DNA of 56,240 bases, filler included, from Perkinsus olseni (Eukaryota), in NCBI GenBank assembly GCA_013115125.1. It is 2 parts of 2 records of this genome, joined end to end, with 100 filler letters (N's around TTAATTAATTAA, not from the genome) between each part and the next. Parts side by side here need not be neighbours in the genome. Positions count along the whole stretch, not along the records: positions 28,187 to 56,240 come from JABANN010000456.1; 1 more part is not named here. One strand, given 5' to 3'. The notes under the pieces are model-generated. The model did no database searches and was not told the DNA's origin. It saw only the letters and a program-made list of their open reading frames with translations. A program made the translations under genes and the position numbers. Positions 48,616-56,240 of the stretch are shown here, piece after piece; within the stretch, counting starts at the first letter, position 1, and each line of letters begins with the position of its first letter.

Positions 48616-49247
48616 TCAGTCATCGACGCCATGGCCTTGCAGGTAGGCTATTACCAGAAGATATGCTCGAAAATGAATCTTGAACAGATTCCGAATCGGC
48701 GAAGGTGGCCCAGCGAATGGTGAGTCGAGTGGAAAGAATGATTCTTCGCACGCGTGTGCACTCTCTCGTTGCAGTAGGTGTAGTTGTAGAACACAACATA
48801 AGTAGATTGGGCTCATAGTGAACGAGATAGAGCAGATACGAGAGCGTAATAGTTGAGAGAATGGAGTGACAATGCGAAGCTAGTATGAACACAGCTCCAT
48901 TGTGTTATGTAGACAGTGCACGCGTGCTCTACTGAAAATCCTTGAAACTTGAACGAATAAGAAAAGAATCTTTGTTTATAAAACTCCTTTGGATATTTCA
49001 TAAATTTCACAAGCTTCAAGCGGAGAGAGACTTCCCAGCTGGGTTTGTGGCTGGGTGGTCCGTAGGCTGTGCTATAGCACTTGGGACCCAAGTCTTGGAA
49101 ATGATGAGTCCCCATAAAATACAGTAAAATCACACCTTCAGGATTAATAATTCCGAAGAATCCTGGAATATCACGCGTTCCGGGGAACGGGGAAAAATAC
49201 AATTTTACAGTCGCTGAGGATACCGCGCGCGTATGTTTTCGTATCAA
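48616..49247 (-). pseudogene. Hypothetical gene disrupted by a solo LTR
   Basis: Removing 48757-48920 plus one TSD restores the in-frame sequence ..FQGFSVEHACEESFFPLDSPF.. Confidence 0.55.
48757..48920 (-). mobile_element. 164-bp solo-LTR-like repeat, copy 2, with a 6-bp TSD
   Basis: CGCGTG|TGCACTCTCT...AGACAGTGCA|CGCGTG. Confidence 0.85.
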
Positions 49248-52200
49248 CCGTCATTGCAGACTCGAATCCGTCCCGGGCGAGCACGAGCATCATCACGGCC
49301 GTTGAGGCAGGAAAGCTCCCGGACGGCATCCAAGAGCTAGTCGTTGCAGGCGTATCTTTCATTGTGAGGTTGAGCTGGGTTTGCAGGCATCAAGTCCTAC
49401 TTACCAGGTTCTGATAATTTTACTGCTCACCCACTCAAGAGTTCGCGAACGAGTAGCCCAACTTGGCGCGTTTCTGTGGGGCACATTGCCGTGTCGTCTA
49501 TTGCGAGAGGGGATTTCTCTTCTCATGTAAGTTGAGAAGATTCCTCGACTCGGAAAGGATGCTTCGTTACGGGATTATTACTCGCCTCCGCAGCAACGGA
49601 ACAATCACTCGGCCAACTGAGCTCGAGCATCTTCTCTCACTTGACGGTAATTGTGTGCGTAAGCAATTTTCCAGTCCGATTCGGAAAAGATATGAAAACG
49701 AAGAGAACATCACTCGAAGGGCCATGGAATATGAACTCGAACGTCATTGAACAACTCATCTGCTACGGCGCAGCAAACTTGAAAGAAATAGTTGGCCGAA
49801 AGAAAAGATTTGTGGGGAATCCCCACGGGGGATCGCACCCGAAAATACCAGGTTACGTAGAATTTCGGGAGCAAAGGGCTAGTAGAGCGAAAACTTGTCC
49901 GTGTGAAAATAATGGCGTTGCGGCTAAGACTTGGAAGAGCGGAGGGGGGAAATGAAGTTGAGACTTCGTGATTCTCAACCGTCGGTCTCGTGGCGGTTCC
50001 GGAATCTCCGACTGTGGAAGCCTAATTTGCAGCTCTGGTACCTATTCGAGAGTGTGGTGTGAGTTTAAAGTCCAACGCCGACATTACGGCTTAGTTGGAC
50101 TGGCGTTTCGAGTTTCTTTGTATATTAACGTTGGTATAGAGCTTCAGTTCGAATCAAAGAGTTCCGCGAGAAATGCTCATGGTCTCGACCGTCGCGAAGC
50201 CATTCACTACCGGAGAACTATCTTGGATAACGGCGGAGCACTGAGTAGACGAGCTGGCTGTTAAATGACTACGCTCGTACTTGACAAGATACGATCGGTC
50301 TAGCAGAAAGCTGCTCATTTGCTGCTTTCAGGAGGCCGATCATCTCGGCGATAAAAGCCTGTCGATCGATATTGACGAGGACCTGCACTTTGCTCATGAA
50401 AGTGAGTGAGCTACTGTAGCTACTCCGTTGAAATGCCCAGGAGTTTTTTGCGACATTACGATTCTGCACAGGCTCGTGACAAGCTGTGCTGCAGAGCTAG
50501 CCCTTTGAATAGAGCGGCTTCTCGATCATTTGACCGAGGGAGAGGAGCAAGGAAAAAAGACGTGAGAATAGCCATCTGCGAGACTCGAACTTGGGTCACT
50601 CGGCTAGGAACCTGCCAAGACTGCGAAGGTGCACTCTGTCGTCGATCGCGTCCCGGTGAGCTCCATCGTGAAGTCGTCCTCGAGTGAATCTTTTCTTCCG
50701 TCAGCCTGCCTTGACCCCGCTCCAGCCGTCGGTGCTTGAGGCCCTCCGAAGCGAGTACAAAATTCGCGCCATGCCGCACAGTTTCTTCGAAGTAAGTGGG
50801 CGGTAGAATTTTCTACACTTCCGTCTCCCTTTTCGAAGGAATCCTCGAGAAGGATTGGGTAACGACTTAAAGAATTTCCCCTCTAAGTCAACTCCTTCAC
50901 AATAATACTGTAGCAGAAATTTTGATGATCACCTCAAGTCGCTTGTGAGCTTTCTGAAGAAGTTTATATCAATGTTTCATAACGGATACGATTCAGCAGC
51001 TCAGCTCGGATCTTCGATATCTTAGACAGCTAGACACAACGAATTCGGGTAGCACACAATCTGTCCCTGACAACAGTACCAGGATGTCAATTTAGAACCG
51101 CCGATTATGAGCAACTAGGACAGTACCTAATTTACTGTATTACCTATGGGTATTACTGAATAATGTGGGAACTTACATTGTTCGTTCACGACGTATGTCG
51201 ACCTAACGCGCTCGAAGGATTATTTCCTCTGTCATGCAGTGCGCTTTGTGTAGCAAGATTTGCTATTAAAGTTGAAAGGTTACTCACTTTGAGAAGAAGG
51301 AGCTTTCCAGCGCAGATTCGTTCTGTCAGAATTCCGCCGTCCTGAATGAGTCGCCGCATACGACACGAGTAGTGCATATCGTCAACCACGAGGCTCATGC
51401 GGGAAAGCGGGTGAGATCCCAGAGGGATACATGGTCCACTCCGTCCTTCCATTCTAATCTAACCCGCACGAAAACTCACTATCAGAGTTGTTGATTTTGA
51501 GGCAGATCATCTCTCAACCCGCCGTGCCGCAGCGTTCTACGTCTCAGGAAAAGAAATCGTTTCGTAAAGCTCCGCATCGGTTTCCCAATCACCCGATCAC
51601 AGCGTGGACGGCCAGGGGTACGGACAGCCCCTGACGCTCTGCCACGCGTGTGTGCTCAGAGCCTATAGCCCAGTCAAGCAGGCCTTCAATCGGATTGCCT
51701 AGGAGAAAGCATGTTTCCTCTGACGAGACTAAATTGCCCCTGTCTCCTACGTTACCCACCTGTTCTCTCAGTGATGGTCGCCCGGCAGGCCGATATATCG
51801 GGTGAGTTTTTGAAGGATCGGGGCGTGTTTTCTCGGGTGTAGATGGGTGACCGAACACGGGTCTCCCGAACAACAGCCGTGCCGGAATCCGAAGTGGATT
51901 CCGAAGATGGAAACTGTAAACAGTCAGCATATTTGATCAGTCTTCAGTGTATCGATTCCGGAAGATACTTCTGATAATTTTATTTCCATCCGAGCCTACT
52001 CCGAATTGAGAAACTTACACTGAAAAAAAGCCCTGTAACCCTCTGATAGTGACTGTCAGTCACTGACTGAAGACACATTGTGTCGAAATGATTTTGAGCG
52101 CTTCACCGCTGTATTAATTATCTATATATTCGGTTCTTACTTCAGCTACCGTAAATGGCTGCCAGAGGCCAGCTCCGTGCCGAACGGCAGCAGTCGAAGG

Positions 52201-52765
52201 AAGCCAACAAGACCAGTCCTGAGATGGGCGTTGAACGATGTGTAACTATGCTCCTTGTCTGTTATAGATGTGCTCTTGTTCATTCCTCCCATCGAGTTGA
52301 GTTGTCTCGCAGTCGAGCCACTGGCTCGGAGCCAGAGTTCGCCCAGATTCACGAATTCCGTAAACCCGTTGAAGCATCCTACTGCTCGAAGTAGGTTGAC
52401 GAAGTAGGTTTAGCGAGCTAGCGCGGAGTGCTCAACTGAGCAGAAATTGCGGTCCAGAAAGAGAAACGCACTCCAGCCCGTCGCTTATAGGCAGTGAGCT
52501 CTCCTGAAATGGCTGGGGTTGAGTCAGTTAGTAGTCATCCTAGAAGCTAGGACCTAGCTAGTTCAGGAATTCTGACATGACTATGGAATGTGAAGATGGA
52601 CCGGTTCAACGGGCCCACGACATGGGTGACGCACAAACATGCGTGTGTCCGCAGTCTCTAGGCTGTCATTCACTTCGAGTTCCCGATTGATGCATGTCGA
52701 AGGCATACAGTAGGCCCATAGCTAGAGGCACATGAAGCTGATCTCTAGCTACAAAAGGCGATGTA

Positions 52766-52845
52766 TAACAGCTGAGAGGTTCGAACCCACGCCCTTCCGG
52801 GCTGACGCTTAAAGCCAGCGCCTTGGACCACTCGGCCAAGCTGTC
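52766..52845 (-). tRNA. tRNA-Leu(TAA), T-stem weakened (possible pseudogene)
   Basis: GACAGCT TG GCCGAGTGGTCCAAGGC G CTGGC TTTAAGC GTCAG CCCGGAAGGGC GTGGG TTCGAAC CTCTC AGCTGTT A. Long variable arm; the T-stem has one T-T and one G-T pair; a T4 follows shortly after. Confidence 0.85.
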
Positions 52846-52850
52846 GGTGA

Positions 52851-53433
52851 TGTAATATGGTCTCTGGCGATCCAATAACGTAGCTCCTGTCGCCAGGAAT
52901 ATTCTGTTGGAGAAACGTAATAGAACACCGGTGGATTCCCTAGTGCTCGTAGAACGACAGCCTCTGGCGAAACGTCGTGATGCCGACTCGGCGTAATTTT
53001 GTTTTATTAAATGATCCTTTGATGTCGAAGGACTACAGTATAGATGACTACAGTATGTGGTCAATACTCGGGAAGTTATCCCACTACAGTCACGCTCAAC
53101 CTCTGGTCTGTGTTGGGAGACTTTGCGCAGTTCGACTATTAAGTGGTAAGTGCGTCATTCTGTGGCGATTCTGAGTACTGATCTGCGTTGATATTGATCT
53201 GTGTCATTGTCTCTGTCTCTATATGTGTTAGCTGCGTAGCTAGCCGCTGTGTAAGTCTGTATAAGACTGAGTATTGAGTAGGTGAAGTTATAAGACTTAT
53301 TGGTAAGCCTTATTCCTGTGGTGTTTGCTGGGTTATTATCTGTGTATTCCTCTAAGGTATCTATTGCTCTTCAGATACGATTGGGTTTACACTGTGTACA
53401 TCACTCGGTTATCAGTAAGGATCATTGGTTACA
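52851..53433 (+). mobile_element. Putative LTR (TGTAA...TTACA)
   Basis: 5-bp terminal inverted repeat and TG-rich non-coding body, followed by AGAACTGGTT and a short ORF at 53460. No second copy in the window. Confidence 0.3.
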
Positions 53434-53781
53434 AGAACTGGTTATTGTGTTGATTAGTCATGGTTAGTGAAAATGGGCGTAACTCTGAGTCATCCGCAGA
53501 TGGGACTCGAACGGCCGTCAACAATAACTCAGTACGTGCTTCCGGCCCCCAACATCTGTATTGCCAAACCCAGGCCCCGGTTTTCCGGCCACGAGCCTGA
53601 GGATTTGTCATCACTCTCCCATCTTCAGTGCAAGTGGGATTTCTGACGAAGCCATGTACCGTTGCAATGCAACGGTTGCATATCGGAATGGAACACCTGG
53701 CGCGCGCGAAATTCTGTATGCCCTCCAACATTCGAAGAGACGCCCACCGCCGGCCAGCACCGTATGTCGCAATTGATTTCG

Positions 53782-53855
53782 GCTCTGGTGGCTCAATCGG
53801 ATAGAGCGTTGGACTTCTAATCCAAAGGTTGCGGGTTCAAGTTCCGCCCAGAGTA
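53782..53855 (+). tRNA. tRNA-Arg(TCT), intronless
   Basis: GCTCTGG TG GCTC AATCGGATA GAGC G TTGGA CTTCTAA TCCAA AGGTT GCGGG TTCAAGT TCCGC CCAGAGT A forms a full cloverleaf. Confidence 0.92.
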
Positions 53856-54854
53856 TATGTGCGGCACATAATGTGCCAACACATAGATCAGAACCGCCTG
53901 TTCTAGCTCCTCAACTAGTGCCAATTTTGTCAATTTCGACAGCCGAATCATTCTACTCCCAGTTCACCTCTGCCTGAGGCAGAGGTGATTGAACAGGCAG
54001 CAGAACAAATCGGCTCATGAGAATAGCAACTCCTTCTAGGGAGTCCACCCACAAGCTACTGAGCATAATAGACTAGGCCACATGGGGGATTCGTTTAAAC
54101 TTTGAACTTCAAAGGCAGCACTCCCAAACTATACGATGTCCCAAACAAGGAAGTTATGATTCCTGCCTGTAAGCAAGCGTGGAGCGGCACCGCGCGGCTC
54201 CAGAAGTAAGTGTAACCTCACTGGTCCTCAAGTATGGGTCATCACCCTAGGAGTATCGAAGGCGTGAACAGCTTCAACTTTCGAGTCGCAGTTAACTCAA
54301 CTCAGCGGACGCCGAGTCGATCGTAGTGGTTAATTCTCTCTCAAATTGAATTCTTTCGCATCGCGGGATTGACTCATCTCATGAATCAAATTGAGTAACT
54401 GATTAATTTCCGTCACTGATTGGACACGAGTCCTCTTTGACTATCCACGGAACCCAAGCTTCAACTTTAAACCCAACGATCATAAATCCTCACAGCAAGT
54501 GCGCCATCCTGCTGAAGCTCGCGTTCTCGTTATTCAAAAAACGGGGGCTAATTGCCTTCACCCATCCCGTTATCAGCTTTCAAGCTCAAAGACGATCTCT
54601 TACCCCTGCTTGGGGACTGATCGGCTTCCTCGCTACCTGAGCAGAATGACTTGAGCTTGTCTCACCACCAGTTGATATCATGTAGCCTACATGATGTAGG
54701 TAGAGGTGAAGCACGAGTGACGACGACTGTGAACGAGAGTGGATACCGGCTCACTGAATCCTCACAAGCCCATTCGTTGCTTTCCAGATCAATCAAGGTT
54801 TCCGGGCGCTTAGAGCCGCTACCACCATTCCCGACTGGCGAGTTCTCGGAAACA

Positions 54855-55076
54855 TCATCGACGTCTTTGAATTCGCTCGGTCCATGTGGGCTCCTGAGTC
54901 CTCGAGTCTTGTGAACTCGCCATTTCGGGGTTCCTCGCTACTTGCGTGTAGCTATAGGGCCTGTCCGCTCCATTCCGCTTGAGCATCCCCAACAACCTCT
55001 TAAATATGGACGCCTCACCAGGCGTTGTCAGGATGCCGAGGACAGCGAAGGTGCTGCGGATGAAACCAAGACGCAT
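54855..55076 (-). CDS. Hypothetical secreted protein, 5' part
   Basis: Signal-peptide-like MRLGFIRSTFAVLGILTTPGEA. Downstream structure unresolved. Confidence 0.3.
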   Translation of the reverse strand: MRLGFIRSTFAVLGILTTPGEASIFKRLLGMLKRNGADRPYSYTQVARNPEMASSQDSRTQEPTWTERIQRRR

Positions 55077-55250
55077 TGTAAGAAGAAGATCTGATCTGAA
55101 CTGGAGAGTGGGTTGGGAAATGCATTTTCGCGCGTGATCCTCGAGTCAGGGCGGGCCAAGAATTACGTGACCGACATGTTTCTGAGCGGCGGAGTCCTCT
55201 GGTTGCATCAGGATACTGCATGGTTAGAAGCGAGTACACTTGACGTAGAT

Positions 55251-56240
55251 TAGAGATGGGCATCAGTACGGTACGGAGCCGTCCCGTACCGAGTACGGGG
55301 TACGGGAGTATGCCGTAACCGTACCGTAATTGTGACCGTATCACGGGTACGGGCGTGCGCTATGGGAATTGTGTTCATGATCATGAGAATGGCCCATCTG
55401 AGGTGGCCCGAGGTTCAGAAGGGTCGTATTGTGAGCAGCTCTATGCCTATAGTTTTCCTTCTTCGGTGTTTCGCGCATGCCCAACTCTCAGTCCTCCCTC
55501 GATGACAAAATCTCGTGTGAGTTTCCCGAGTGGAAAAGAGTCACGGGCGATAAAAACGATGAATTCGGCTTGTGCCCAAGATGCGGTAGAAAGATCAAGA
55601 TCAGCAAACAGTCCCTCAGCGGGGTCCGGAAGCACGATAAGCTCTGTTCGGAGAACTCCTTGAAATCTAACGGCAGGGGCAAAAAGAGGCCGCATTCAGC
55701 CGACATACAAGCTGCATTCGATGCCTCGTTCCTCGAATACGTCGTTCATTCTGGTGCTGTACTCAAGACCGCTGACGACAAGTACTTCCGAGCGATGATC
55801 CAGTGCTTGAACGGGTCGGTGCAAGTCCCGTCACGCCGAACACTCTCGCGACGCATCGCCACACAGACGCAGTCCCACTACGAGCGAGTCAAAGGTGACC
55901 TTGTCGGTCATGTTCGAGGCGATTCTCTTCACTCAGATGTGCTAGCCACGTGCCCAAGGGTCCACATCAGCCTAGATCTGTGGTCGAGAAGTTCCCGAAG
56001 TTCCTATTTGTGTGGGTTGTTATCACCATGTAGCTGTTGAGACGGTGATGCGAAATTATCAGGTGCCATCGGCCATGCTTGGACCCAGGACGGACTCCGG
56101 CAAGTTTTGCTGGACTTTCGTAGAATCACTGGAAAGCATACAGCCTCCAACATTAGAATTGCACTGAAATCAATCTTGGATGAGAGCAACATAAATGCCC
56201 AAGGAACCCAGCTCGGAGCAATCGTGAGTGATGCGGCATC
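55251..56240 (+). mobile_element. hAT DNA transposon, left end (runs off the window)
   Basis: TAGAGATGGGCA terminus of the Ac/hAT type, clustered GTACGG/CCGTAC subterminal repeats at 55266-55352, followed by the transposase. Confidence 0.85.
55477..56240 (+). CDS. hAT transposase (BED zinc finger, dimerisation domain, first two catalytic Asp), intron-containing, partial
   Basis: W..CPRC..SGVRKHDKLC BED finger; DDKYFRAMIQCLNGSVQVPSRRTLSR; HISLDLWS. After removing the 51-nt GT-AG intron at 56012-56062 it continues SYLCAIGHAW..LLDFRRITGKHTASNI..IVSDAA. Confidence 0.88.

Noticed and set aside
49950-52400. Retroelement pol remnants (e.g. PARLLFGRP at ~51.85 kb)
   Set aside because: No RT, RNase H or integrase catalytic motifs were found; the similarity is too short to support a call.
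56038-56040. In-frame TGA in the transposase as selenocysteine or read-through
   Set aside because: Fully explained by a canonical 51-nt intron.

Overview
Eukaryotic, intron-rich genomic DNA with mostly 36-55 nt GT-AG introns and two assembly gaps. Gene architecture suggests an alveolate, probably Perkinsus-like; this is an inference, not a database result. The window has three domains. (1) 1-10 kb: the 5' end of an LTR retrotransposon and five paralogous 5-exon, 10-Cys secreted-protein genes, three of them damaged. (2) ~10.5-48 kb: a dense, almost entirely minus-strand cluster with a mitochondrial 2-oxoglutarate/malate carrier, a RAP-domain protein, a PPIL6-like cyclophilin, an AAAP amino-acid transporter, prefoldin 5 and hypothetical proteins, broken by a TE/MITE-rich patch at 28-31 kb. 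(3) ~48-56 kb: a repeat-rich flank with a solo LTR, tRNA-Leu(TAA), tRNA-Arg(TCT) and an intron-containing hAT transposon. The strongest unexplained signal is a small lexicon of 12-30 nt sequence words (at least five families, plus tRNA 3'-half relics). They recur dozens of times across the central cluster, make up much of many short introns, also sit inside conserved coding sequence, and one is amplified into a 43-bp tandem array. Periodic ~10-bp A-tract clusters occur in the same domain.
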